Below, piece by piece: positions 17,057-27,700 of a DNA stretch of 64,000 bases (its first letter is position 1; every line of letters begins with the position of its first letter). This DNA comes from a virus. The position numbers and the translations under genes were made by a program. The stretch is taken from IMG/VR virus record IMGVR_UViG_3300043427_001513, positions 5,490 to 69,489 of that record. One strand, given 5' to 3'. The notes beneath the pieces were generated by a model. The model saw only the letters and a program-made list of their open reading frames with translations, ran no database searches and was not told the origin of the DNA.

Positions 17057-18985
17057 TTAATGTTTAATGATTTTGTAAAATTTCTCTCTGTCGTTAGTTA
17101 CCAGCTTTACAACATACATGCCTTTAGGAAGGTCTCCAAACCAAATGCCTTGGGTCTGGAATCCTCTTTCTGTAAGGTTGTTGCTAACTGACTTAACAAG
17201 CTGACCCTGAGAGTTGTAGATCAGCGCGTTAAACTTTGTAAAGTCTTCTAAGTAGAAGTCTGCAATTAACCAATGATTGGTAATCTCTGATACTGGGTTA
17301 GGATATACAATAAATCCTGTAAGAAGAGCCAGAGTATGCTCATCCATTTCTGCTTTACCGTTTACTACAGAACCATCGTTAGGTGACGGACGTAGAGACA
17401 TATCGTAAGCATTCTCATCACCTGCAGCTTTGTTAAAGATTGCAAGTGGTGAAGTTCTCCATCCAAGAATAGACTTAACTCTGAATCGAAAAGTAAATAC
17501 TTGTGTTGGTCCATCAAGAAGACTGGGGTTCATCTTATCTTCGTGTCCCGCCCAGAAAACTCCCTTATCTGTAAATGTCATAAATGATGTCCACTTTGAA
17601 GCAGCGTCCCCCATATTTAGAGACACAAACTCAAATACCGCAGTATCATATGCAATCCCTAACTGCATTGCTCCAACCTTATTACCAAACGTGTACACTG
17701 TCACAGGAACGTCCATATAGTTATCAGTTGTCACAATCAGTTTAGGTATTCTAAACTCAATTGAATCTGGCTTATTAGAATAGTATACAGCCGGATCAAG
17801 AATGTAATCTGTACCTGCTCCAGGATTTGCCATCTTAGCAAGAATAGTAGCAGGGTTGTTGTAACCAGAACTAGTAGCATCACCTACTACATAGACATAA
17901 GGCTCAAGAGTATCTAGACTATTTACTACAGTATCAATCATATATACTCTAGGTGTATTAGCCCAGTTAGGAGCAACTGTTGCAGAATTTGCAATAGTCC
18001 ATTCTGAAGGCCAAAGAACTGATACGTTATTAACACCAGTAAATAATTGATCCCAATCTGCTTGGTTAAGAGCAAGTCTGTTAAATACAGCAAATGCATC
18101 TGATACTGTTACACTTTGGCTTTGGTTAACATCACCTTCGTACCATTCAATTCCTGCTAGAGTATCTTGAGCAGATACATGGTTAGCTAGCTTATATGCA
18201 TCTACAATAGTAAGTGCACCACCATCAGACATAGAATCAGTTTGTGCAGCAATCTTAAGATTCCAATAGTTTGTATCAAGCGGATGTGAAAATTCTACCA
18301 GCCCCGCCATGTTGGTTGAGTCAGTAGAAATAGTTTGCCATGTTGCAAGAGGAGTAGACTTGAGTCTCTTAGTTGCACTAAACCAAACACCTTGAGCTGG
18401 TGATCCATCAGCATTTCTAACCTTAACTGGAAATACCATTTGTGTCATTTGGAATGCTCCACCATAAGTATACAGCTCTAGATTAACGTCAGTACCATTA
18501 CCAATAGTAGCCAAGTTATTGTAACTACTTGATCCAGAGATAGCTACAGGAGTTACAACACCATCATATGCTGACGAATGAAAAAGACGGAGCTTAAACA
18601 TAGCGCCGTCTGCCCAGTCAAAGTTTGGAGTTGAACCAGTGTAAGTAGCAACAACGTTAATATATCCTGTGTTGTTGAAGTAAGAACCGTACTTATCGGT
18701 AATTGATTGTGCAGTAGGTCCCCAATACATTACAGCATTGGAAAACTTAGCATTGTCATAGAACAAACGAAACTGTACAGCCTTTACCGGAGTAACAGTT
18801 GGGTTTGCAAAGTGAACGTAAATATCTGTATAAGTAGCTGGATAGTTGTCCAGGGTAAACAGAGTATCTACAAGAATGTATGGATCATTACTTGCAGGTG
18901 CTACAAGTATTTCATTTGCACCATTCTGTGCAAACGCAGAAATAGAAATTAAGGAGGTTACCAGACTCCACCAAGGTTTTTTCAT
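17057..18985 (-). CDS. T9SS-sorted surface protein: cohesin, prealbumin-like domain, dockerin-like domain, cohesin and type A CTD
   Basis: Signal peptide ending AFA|Q; cohesin motifs AVQFRLFYD and VPVTV...GAMQLGIAYD...FTFRF; dockerin-like GDVNQSQSVTVSDA; C-terminal VYPNP...IYNSQGQLV...LPKGMYVVKL...KIIKH (Por secretion tail). Confidence 0.88.
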   Translation of the reverse strand: MKKPWWSLVTSLISISAFAQNGANEILVAPASNDPYILVDTLFTLDNYPATYTDIYVHFANPTVTPVKAVQFRLFYDNAKFSNAVMYWGPTAQSITDKYGSYFNNTGYINVVATYTGSTPNFDWADGAMFKLRLFHSSAYDGVVTPVAISGSSSYNNLATIGNGTDVNLELYTYGGAFQMTQMVFPVKVRNADGSPAQGVWFSATKRLKSTPLATWQTISTDSTNMAGLVEFSHPLDTNYWNLKIAAQTDSMSDGGALTIVDAYKLANHVSAQDTLAGIEWYEGDVNQSQSVTVSDAFAVFNRLALNQADWDQLFTGVNNVSVLWPSEWTIANSATVAPNWANTPRVYMIDTVVNSLDTLEPYVYVVGDATSSGYNNPATILAKMANPGAGTDYILDPAVYYSNKPDSIEFRIPKLIVTTDNYMDVPVTVYTFGNKVGAMQLGIAYDTAVFEFVSLNMGDAASKWTSFMTFTDKGVFWAGHEDKMNPSLLDGPTQVFTFRFRVKSILGWRTSPLAIFNKAAGDENAYDMSLRPSPNDGSVVNGKAEMDEHTLALLTGFIVYPNPVSEITNHWLIADFYLEDFTKFNALIYNSQGQLVKSVSNNLTERGFQTQGIWFGDLPKGMYVVKLVTNDREKFYKIIKH

Positions 18986-19030
18986 CTTGTACAAGATTAG
19001 TGTTACGCATTAATGTTGGAGTTGGTTTCA

Positions 19031-19047
19031 TATATAAAATACGAAAT
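19031..19047 (-). promoter_or_regulatory. Putative promoter for the surface-protein cassette
   Basis: The - strand reads TTTCGTATTTTATATA, nearly identical to the holin promoter motif. Confidence 0.5.
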
Positions 19048-19117
19048 GAAACCTTGCCGGCAAACTTGTTAATCTAAATATAAACTCTTAACTTCCCTAT
19101 CACAAAAACCCAACATT

Positions 19118-19300
19118 ATGAATATTATAGAATTAGACATCCTTTCTAAGGACGCCATTGCAGTAGGTATCACCTACAGAAAGACTACAAGAGAATTTGA
19201 AAACGCTAGAGGTCGCTGCTATCCTTGCAACGAACTCATTATAGGTTTTCTATTCTTTAATGTTAGATGGATAAAGCCTTTAATCAACTTTGTTGATTAG
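19118..19300 (+). CDS. Small hypothetical protein (60 aa), the lone + strand gene in the late arm
   Basis: ATG with an A-rich leader fills the gap between the cassette and the 1823-aa gene; its stop overlaps the convergent stop. Confidence 0.55.
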   Translation: MNIIELDILSKDAIAVGITYRKTTREFENARGRCYPCNELIIGFLFFNVRWIKPLINFVD

Positions 19301-22300
19301 TCTTTGATATACCATCTTTCAACACTATCAAAGCTTTTCCATCTGTTTATTGATCTAACTACAGGCAAAGCATCTTCCCACTGTTTAATGAACTTAGGGT
19401 CACCCTTTCTTTCAGTGCGTTGATAATACTTGTCCTCTCTATCAGGAGTAAGGAAGTAATCTGCCGAGTAGTTAATCGCTTCAGCAAACTCACCAAGTGA
19501 ACGGCTAGAAGCAATAGGATTTTTTAGAAGACGAGCGTATTCTGTTGGGTCTACAAAGGTTGTAATTTCAGACTGAGTTCTATCAGCTTGGAATTGCAGC
19601 AGGCCCAGCAGACGCTTGAGTTCTTTATCATCGTCATCTACACCATCTTTAAGGCCTCTAAAGATTGCAAACAGTGCAAGGCTACCTAAGAAAAATCCAA
19701 TTTCAGCAAGTGTCTTTTGAATGTTTGCTATTTCTGTAGGAGTTAAAACACCGTTAGCTTCCTTGTATCTCTCTTTGATACTACCATGAGCACCCCATAC
19801 ATATCCAAGCATTTTAACCATAGTACGATATCTACCTTCAGTGTAAACACCAAAGCGCTCATCAAAACTGCTCTTCTTAAATCTAGCTTTAAATGAAGGC
19901 CACACCCACTTATGGAACTGAGCAGCTAACAAACCAAGCGAGTACTTTTGAATTACCATCTTGTCTTCATCAGCATAGTTACCATGAATGTATTCATTCA
20001 TACCCCAGATATTTCTACTTAGCTCAGCACGCTGATCTTCAGTAAACTCAAAACCATCTTTAACAGAAACCTTTCCTGTAGCTTGGTCATAATCTAGAGC
20101 ATCGTATATAGAAGATGTCTCACCAGTAATGCTGTTTGTAAGCTGCTTAGACATAAGCATTGCAACACCAGTCTTACTCTGAATCATATATTCACCGCCT
20201 TCCTGAAGCCAGTAACCAAAACTAAGAACATCAGAGATGCCTTCTCTACCTTCACCAGACTGATACTTACGTATCATTTTAAAGTGATCAACTAAAGCTT
20301 CATACTTTGAGTTTGGTTTGTGATTTCTATACTTATCCGGACCAGTCATAAAAGCAGCTTTGCTTCCAAGCCCTTGCATGAATCCACCAAGTGCAATATT
20401 TAATTCTTTTGTAGAACGCATGATTGCCCTTCTATCATAAAACTGAGCACCGGCAGTTTCAATAGCATTAGATATCCTACCGTATATAATGTTATTTAAA
20501 GCTGAGAATGGGTTAAATCCAACATAAGTTAAAGAGGTATACTTAAGAACTGTAGATACCAGTTGTTCTGCCACACTCTTTTCAAAAGCACCTTCGTTGT
20601 AAAAAGTCATCTCAAGCCAGTTATTTAATCTGTCTTGAACATTACTCATTTTCTTTTCTCCAGACATAGAGAGCATTTCTCTACCCTTAGCAGTAACCTT
20701 TTGAGAGAGCTCACCTCCAGCAGGGGTGTACTCTCTTTGATCAATAATCTTCTTAAGAGCAAGAATAGTATCTTCTACTGCATTCATTGCTTCAAAGTTT
20801 GAAGCCATTGTTCTAAATGCAATAAGATTCTGAGTCATATCAGTATTGATATCGTCAGGTGTAATCTTGTTTTCTTCAGCAGTAAGAATACCAGAAAGTC
20901 TTTTACGCTCAGCCAAGTATTCTTTTATACCAATTGTCCCCGCCTTCTTTTGATTAACTAGCTCTTCAAGCTGAGTCTTCAAACTATCAATGCGTTTTTG
21001 ACTCTTTAGATCTGCTGTAAAAAATACAGGAGGTGTTCTTACTAAGTCTCCAGCCTCGTCTGTTTGATATACTTTAGGATAAACTTTAGTCTTAATTCCA
21101 AAAACATTCACAAGTTTACCAACCATTTTAAGAACAGCGGCACCTCTACCCTCATCCATATCTTTAATCTTATTAAAGAAATTCTTCTGGATTCTGGGTA
21201 TCTTTCCTGTAATGCTGGATTCAATATCTCTAGGCAATGAAGCAATAGAACCTTTTTCATGCTGATTAGTCCACCAATCATAGTAGTCTTTTCTAGCTTG
21301 GCCTAAAGCATCAGTTGGTTTCATGATCTCTTCATATGCTGAATCAAGCATGTTTTCTCCAGTTGCAGCCTGCTCTCTAATTTCTATGTACTCGTCTCTT
21401 ACAAAGTATCTGTCTTTTACTTCACGAACTTCACCAGTAAACTTACCTTCAACCACGATTGGACTCATGTAAGGAGGCGCCTTTCTGAAGTATTTATTTA
21501 GGTAACCTGCGTATTCTTCAGCAGTAACACCAGCTTTTGGTCTCCAACGGCCACCTCTAAACTCAGCATACTGAGCTCTTGCAGTTTTAAACTCGTTACT
21601 ATAGCGATGGTAATCACCATCTTCAAATCCATTTTCAGTTATCTTTTCAGCATTCTTAAAGCTGTTATAAACCTTCTTTGCAGCATAGAGCTTAATGTTA
21701 TAAGATATAGCATCTTTAAGCTCTTGACCTTTAAGAGTATCTGTCTTTTTATATTGAGCCGGTTTACCCTCTTCATCAAGAGTCTCTGCACGTAGAGCAT
21801 AAAGCTTTTCCCAATACTGATATCCAATCTTCTGTACATATCTACCGTTTAGTTTACCGTCCTGGTTTTTACTAAACATAAACATATAAGCATCAGTGTC
21901 CTTAATACCAGCTGCTTTACTTGCAGCTAAAAGAGCGTTGCCTTTTTCATTAGCTTCTTGAACAAACAGGTCGTTCTCAAACATCAGCTTCGCTTTCTGG
22001 GCCTTATAGATCTTATCTATAAGAGCAAGAACAGTATCAGAAGAAGCAGCCATAGATTCAAGTAAAGCATCTGCTTTATTGATGTCTACAGTTTTTTCCA
22101 GCATTGCTCGGATATCTGATTCCGTTAGATCTGTATTTAGAGTATTGTTAGTAACGAATGCAGCCGCAAACTCTGTAAAAGATTTGTCAAGCAATGTTCC
22201 TGCAGAATCTAGTGCAGCCTTAAGTTCAATAAGTCTTTTTTGGTTTGTGCTATTAACCTTTGATATAAGATTCTCAACACCCGTGTAGGTTTCTAAGAAC

Positions 22301-24768
22301 TTTGAATAACTAAGGATAATACTAGCAAACTCCGGCTTTCCATAGTTATTAGGATTACTAGCATACTTCTCAAAAGACTCCAAGTCTTGAATAGCAAACT
22401 CAGTAAGTCTACCAACAGCTGCGTTTAACTGAGTACCATTAAGAAGAGCGTAGTCTTCAATGTCTTGCCTAACAGCATTCATAAGAACTGTAAGCTTTAC
22501 AATAGACTGTTCTCTCTTACTTTTTCCCGCCTGTGAGGAGAAACCTTTCTTTTGACTCAGCATTCTTTCAAGCTGGCCTTTTCTAAGTTGTAGTTCTCCC
22601 AGAATATTATTGAGTTCAACTACTAATCCAGGATTGTCTTTGTTGTCTTCAGCTTCTTTAGTCGCTTCTTCTCTAGCGGTTGACTCTGATTTTGTTTGAG
22701 AAGATCCGATTGGTTCCGCTTCATCCTTTGTTCTTACGTTATCAGTTACAGTAACAATCTTTGCAATGTGCTCCCTATTACCTGATACAGAATGATCTAC
22801 AGATCCTTCAAAAACAAGATCAGTAACTGTTTGATTATCACCTGTTTGACCCTCAGGAACAATAACATTTACGTGCATTGTTCTAGTCCTAACAACATTT
22901 ACACCCAGAGCATAGAGCATCTCTGCATATGATCCTACTTGAATAGCATGTTGGGCTTTAGTAGAGAGCTTCTGTCCTTTAAATGCACCATCTGTTTGAA
23001 CATACGATGTATTATAAGATGATACCTCCACTCCGGAGTCAGTAACAAACTTCTTGTTAATGCTATTCTTTGACGCTTTAATGTCTACAACTTCTGCAGT
23101 ACCGTCAGGATTAATTACAAGGAGGTCAACCGAACCAGCTACCATAGATGTAGGATCAGAAACTATTACCTGAGGAATAATAATAGCATTATCCTGGAAG
23201 CCGTTTTCTTCATCCGCAAATACTTTGACAAGCTCATTGTAGATTTTTTCCAGCAAGTCATCAGATATACCTTGATCAGCAGTTAGCGCAGGTAAACCCA
23301 AGTCTTGACGTCTTGCATTTGTTTTTGCAATCATCTTTTGAGCTTCTTCTTTAGCTTCTTCAAATGTCCTACCTGAAGTAAAGCTTTCAACCAAAGCATC
23401 TATCTGATTACCAAACAGCAAGTTAAGTGAATTCTTAATCTCTTTTTCAGCAGGAAGAGTGCCCTTCATCTTTGTAGTTACCGAAGTGTACTCTACACCG
23501 TCTTGATCATAGTACGTGTGAGTTTTATCTACTAGGGTAACTTGATTAGGATTGTTAAAGATTACAGTATCAATTACATCTTTTTGCTGTTGTGTACCGT
23601 TCTTATAAACTTGCTCTACATAAGGACGCAGATCTTTTTGGATATTGTATCTAACCTTATCGTCAAGAGTAATATCAACATCAAAGCTTAAAGCTTCTGT
23701 TAGTATACCTTCGGCAAGCTTTTTAAAAGAAAGATCCTGATTAAGATCTTTAATCTTTACTGTAGTTACTTTGGTAATTGGATCAATAGTAGCATATCCA
23801 GCAAGACCAGAAAGATACTTTTTAACCGTTTCAATAAACCATTCATAGAAGTTATTGATATAATCTACAAGATCCTTTCGAGTACCTGTCTCTTCAAACT
23901 TCTTATTTACTACACGAGATAAAACCTGTGACACAAGTTCAATCTCCATGTCTCTAGCATCAAAATTCTTTAGTCCCAGGTAAGCATTCTTAATCTGCTG
24001 TACTAGTGCAGGAAAATGAATTGCTGCATCACCAACAAGCTTTTGAAATAGCTCCGGCTTTTCTACACTTAAAGCAAATACAAAAGGATGCAACACCTCT
24101 TCTACAGCAATTTCATTTGTTACACGACCTCTAATTAGATATGCAGTGCCTTTATGATAGAAGCTTTTAACATTATCAAAGTTGACGTCTGTTTTCTGCC
24201 AGTCTGCAATAGTATCGTGTATAGCCTTTGCTTCAGCAGGGCTTACAATTTTTATTGTTACTCCTGGTATAGTGCTCTTAAGATGATTAAGAAGAGGGCT
24301 AAGATTGTTTACAGCTGCGCTTTGAGGTATATAATCTTTTACTCTTTCAGGAAGTATTTGAATAGATACTGATTTAGCATGCTGTATAACTCTATACATA
24401 CCTTCAGTAATCCTGTTGGCTTGCAAATAGTTAATTGCCGCTCTAAGATTTCTATCTCTAACAGAAGCAATTGTGTGTCTAGCGTTTTTTGGTGACTGAG
24501 TAATAAAAAGCTTACCATTAAGTCTATGAGCAAATCCTTTCTTAATAAGATTGTTTTCAATTGCTCTTACAGGATCTTGTAAGCTACTCGTTGGAGTAGC
24601 TTTAATATCCCGCATAATAGTAGATGCTTGAATTGTTGAGGGAAAGTCATCAGTTTTTGTACGACTCTGATATTCGTCAACAATGGCTGAAACAACATAG
24701 TAGTTGTTATAGACTCTCATAAGTTCCTGAAAACCAGGATCATTTGTATTATAACATTTTGCAGCCAT
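19297..24768 (-). CDS. Giant virion cargo (ejected) protein with a degenerate zincin-like motif and a PD-(D/E)xK nuclease domain
   Basis: TAATG-coupled to the vRNAP gene (ATG 24768); EEVLHPF motif; YTSVTT...GSVDLLVINPDGTAEVVDIKAS...HAIQVGSY; position matches the crAss-like giant-gene trio. Confidence 0.75.
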   Translation of the reverse strand: MAAKCYNTNDPGFQELMRVYNNYYVVSAIVDEYQSRTKTDDFPSTIQASTIMRDIKATPTSSLQDPVRAIENNLIKKGFAHRLNGKLFITQSPKNARHTIASVRDRNLRAAINYLQANRITEGMYRVIQHAKSVSIQILPERVKDYIPQSAAVNNLSPLLNHLKSTIPGVTIKIVSPAEAKAIHDTIADWQKTDVNFDNVKSFYHKGTAYLIRGRVTNEIAVEEVLHPFVFALSVEKPELFQKLVGDAAIHFPALVQQIKNAYLGLKNFDARDMEIELVSQVLSRVVNKKFEETGTRKDLVDYINNFYEWFIETVKKYLSGLAGYATIDPITKVTTVKIKDLNQDLSFKKLAEGILTEALSFDVDITLDDKVRYNIQKDLRPYVEQVYKNGTQQQKDVIDTVIFNNPNQVTLVDKTHTYYDQDGVEYTSVTTKMKGTLPAEKEIKNSLNLLFGNQIDALVESFTSGRTFEEAKEEAQKMIAKTNARRQDLGLPALTADQGISDDLLEKIYNELVKVFADEENGFQDNAIIIPQVIVSDPTSMVAGSVDLLVINPDGTAEVVDIKASKNSINKKFVTDSGVEVSSYNTSYVQTDGAFKGQKLSTKAQHAIQVGSYAEMLYALGVNVVRTRTMHVNVIVPEGQTGDNQTVTDLVFEGSVDHSVSGNREHIAKIVTVTDNVRTKDEAEPIGSSQTKSESTAREEATKEAEDNKDNPGLVVELNNILGELQLRKGQLERMLSQKKGFSSQAGKSKREQSIVKLTVLMNAVRQDIEDYALLNGTQLNAAVGRLTEFAIQDLESFEKYASNPNNYGKPEFASIILSYSKFLETYTGVENLISKVNSTNQKRLIELKAALDSAGTLLDKSFTEFAAAFVTNNTLNTDLTESDIRAMLEKTVDINKADALLESMAASSDTVLALIDKIYKAQKAKLMFENDLFVQEANEKGNALLAASKAAGIKDTDAYMFMFSKNQDGKLNGRYVQKIGYQYWEKLYALRAETLDEEGKPAQYKKTDTLKGQELKDAISYNIKLYAAKKVYNSFKNAEKITENGFEDGDYHRYSNEFKTARAQYAEFRGGRWRPKAGVTAEEYAGYLNKYFRKAPPYMSPIVVEGKFTGEVREVKDRYFVRDEYIEIREQAATGENMLDSAYEEIMKPTDALGQARKDYYDWWTNQHEKGSIASLPRDIESSITGKIPRIQKNFFNKIKDMDEGRGAAVLKMVGKLVNVFGIKTKVYPKVYQTDEAGDLVRTPPVFFTADLKSQKRIDSLKTQLEELVNQKKAGTIGIKEYLAERKRLSGILTAEENKITPDDINTDMTQNLIAFRTMASNFEAMNAVEDTILALKKIIDQREYTPAGGELSQKVTAKGREMLSMSGEKKMSNVQDRLNNWLEMTFYNEGAFEKSVAEQLVSTVLKYTSLTYVGFNPFSALNNIIYGRISNAIETAGAQFYDRRAIMRSTKELNIALGGFMQGLGSKAAFMTGPDKYRNHKPNSKYEALVDHFKMIRKYQSGEGREGISDVLSFGYWLQEGGEYMIQSKTGVAMLMSKQLTNSITGETSSIYDALDYDQATGKVSVKDGFEFTEDQRAELSRNIWGMNEYIHGNYADEDKMVIQKYSLGLLAAQFHKWVWPSFKARFKKSSFDERFGVYTEGRYRTMVKMLGYVWGAHGSIKERYKEANGVLTPTEIANIQKTLAEIGFFLGSLALFAIFRGLKDGVDDDDKELKRLLGLLQFQADRTQSEITTFVDPTEYARLLKNPIASSRSLGEFAEAINYSADYFLTPDREDKYYQRTERKGDPKFIKQWEDALPVVRSINRWKSFDSVERWYIKD

Positions 24769-27700
24769 TATTCGCAAGTTTTATTTTTCTCTATAGAGCT
24801 TTGTACAAATTTCATTCTTTTCTCGTAAGGTGCACTCTTCATCATTTGAGCTCCTTTCCATACAAGATCTGCTTTCTCTCTAGGAACACCCTGTCCAACA
24901 ACATATTCAATAAACGAATCCTTGTCATCTAGAACATCCTTCAATTCTAAAGTTAAACCATTTGTAGGAGAGTTTGGCAAAGTTCCGTTCTCTTCTTCAA
25001 CGTTTTCATCAACTTTAAAGTCAGCAGCAACCTCAGCAGGTTTCTTACCAGAATACTTTGATATAGTGTTTCCTTGAGAATCAAAGTAAGTAATACCGTT
25101 TACAGGATCAATAACAAACGTTACACCATTTTGAGAAAGAATATCTCTAGGACTTCCTTGTACAGAAGACTCTGGAGTTTTTTCTACAGGCTTCTGTTGA
25201 GGTGTTTCTGTAGAGTTTTGCTCAACAGGATTAGCTGTTACTTGTCTTTCTTGACGGCGCTCGCGCTTTATATCAAGAATCTCTGTTGTTGTTGGAACTG
25301 AACCAAAGACAAAACCAATTGGTGTAGTCTTAGCTGTACCAACACTATCCGCCTTCTTATAAGTAAACTTAGTACCAAGCGGAAGATAGTATTCAAAACT
25401 ACTCTGTGGTTTTACTTTACCACTGAAGGCAGAAGTTTCCAAATAGTAAACTTCGTTATCGTACATAAGAGCTGTGGGTGCAAAGAATCCTCTTGCTTCT
25501 CCAGCATTAGGTATAAATCCGATCTTCAACAATTCCATGAAGTTCTTATTCATAACTGCCTTATTATCATTCTTTTGCTCTTCTGTAAGGCCAGTTCTTT
25601 CAGTAAAGCTTACACCTTCAGATTCATACTTAATAACTTCTCCTTTACTCATACCAGTAAAGATGTCAATGCTGATAGTGCCGTCTTCTGAAACACTAAT
25701 ACCCGGAGCAGCATCTGCAGAATCTTTATACTTAGGAATCTTTCTTAAGTAAAGAGAAGCGCCGTAGTTCTTGTTAGAAATTGTAGCATGCTTCATGTAA
25801 TTCTTTACAAAAGAGTCCATAAGATTAAACTCATTTTGACCAAAGACTTCCATAAAATCTTTATCCGTAGCTCTTTCATTGTCAAGAAGAGCTCTTACGC
25901 CTTCAGTAGCAAAATGGAACTCTTCCTGTAAAACAAAAGGTATAACATTAGATATAGAGCCAGACTTAAACTGACCACCATCTTTAACCAGTATGTAGTT
26001 GCTAATAGCAGTAGCTGAAATAGGATCTTCATTATAGAGCTCTACAAAAGCTGCCTGCAATCTTTGAAGCTGAATAGGTTCAATCTTAGACCAAGTGTTT
26101 GTTTCAATGTAATCAAAACCTGACTTGTTCGCTACAGAGTCTGCAGAGAATGCATGAATAAACCTATCAAGAAACTCGTTTGTACGACCTTGATCTTTAA
26201 ACTTCTCCTTAAGTTTCTCTACATAGTCAACAATAGTAGGCATGCCTTCTTTATAGAAAAGAAGACTGTTAGATAGAGTATACTCAATCTCTTGAAGTCT
26301 ACCTTGATTTTTTAGATAGTTTTTATAAGCTAGGATATCAAAGTAAGAAACCATGTCTCTTGTAAGCTTATTCCGGAACTCCTCTAACTTGTAAGATTTT
26401 ACAGCTGTTGATTCCAAAATACTCTTCTTAAGCTTCATGAATTTAGGAGTTCTTCTTACAAGAACCTGTCTTGCTTTCTCCTTCATGTCATTAAGAATAG
26501 ATATCGCAGTTGCTATATAAGGATCAGAATCAAATACTTCCTTCATTCCTGGGTATATATTGCCCTCGCTTTCTTTAGTTATAGCATCATAGTCTTCAAA
26601 AACAGTATCAAAACTTTGTTCTGTAGAGTCTCCAATACCTTTTACAAGACCTGAGATATTAGATATGCGTATAAACTGTTTAGTGTAGTCTTGCAAATTC
26701 ATAAACTGCTTAGCTACAGCTAAATCAAAATCAAGGTTTGAACCTCCCTCTAAATCTTTAGCAATTGCTTCAGACAAAGATCTAATATTAAACCCAAGCT
26801 TAGCTTTTTTGAGTCTTTCATTTAGAAGATCCGTTGTTTCAAAAGCAGGCTTGCCGCCAACCGTCAAAGCTTTTCTTAAAATCTCTAAAGGATCTCCGCT
26901 CTTTTGCTCTCTGCTAAACTCATCTCTTGAAAGCTCTAGCTCTTTATAATAACGCTTTATCAAAGGTTGATTAATAAAGAGAACCGCTTCTTTAAGAGAA
27001 ACACCAACAGCAACCATATGGGCAACATGACCAAGTGCATCACGATTCAAACCTAGGATTGCAGCGAGTCTTTCTTTAGCGTTATCTGTCATTGCAGAAA
27101 CGAGTGCAGAAATAATATATCCTTTTCTTTGACCGTCAGAACCTACAGAGTTACCATAGTCATTATAAGAAACCGTATTCTTACCTTGAAGACCAACATA
27201 AATATCAGCCTTTGCCTGAATACCATGCTTCTGAAGATAATTCCACGCAAGCAAAGATTTTACTGCTGAACCGATGTTTACAGCACCCTCCTTGTTGTTT
27301 TTTCTAGCACGAACCATTCCAGCAAAAGTGTTGTGCTGGAATGCTCTTTCTGAGAACAAAGTGCTAATTTCAATCTTAAGATTAGCTTTTTGATCGTCAT
27401 CAATTTCTAATCCATCTACTATTGTAGACAGATCATCAGTTAAAATCTTCGTAAGATTCTTCAAAGGATCTACGTGTGCTACCTGGAATGCTGGAGCAGC
27501 ATCTTTTACATTGTCTCCTGTTTTAGTTTTTCTAGGGGCAGAAGTATAATCGTTAAAAGTGAGCGCCGTTTTTAACTGCATAATCTCAGTATCAAGAGCA
27601 CCAACATATAAGTCGTGTCCTTTCTTATCATATGCTTTTTGATATTCTCCTTCATTAGAAGGTAGACCCATGTTCTTAAGAACGTCCGCAATATAACGTT

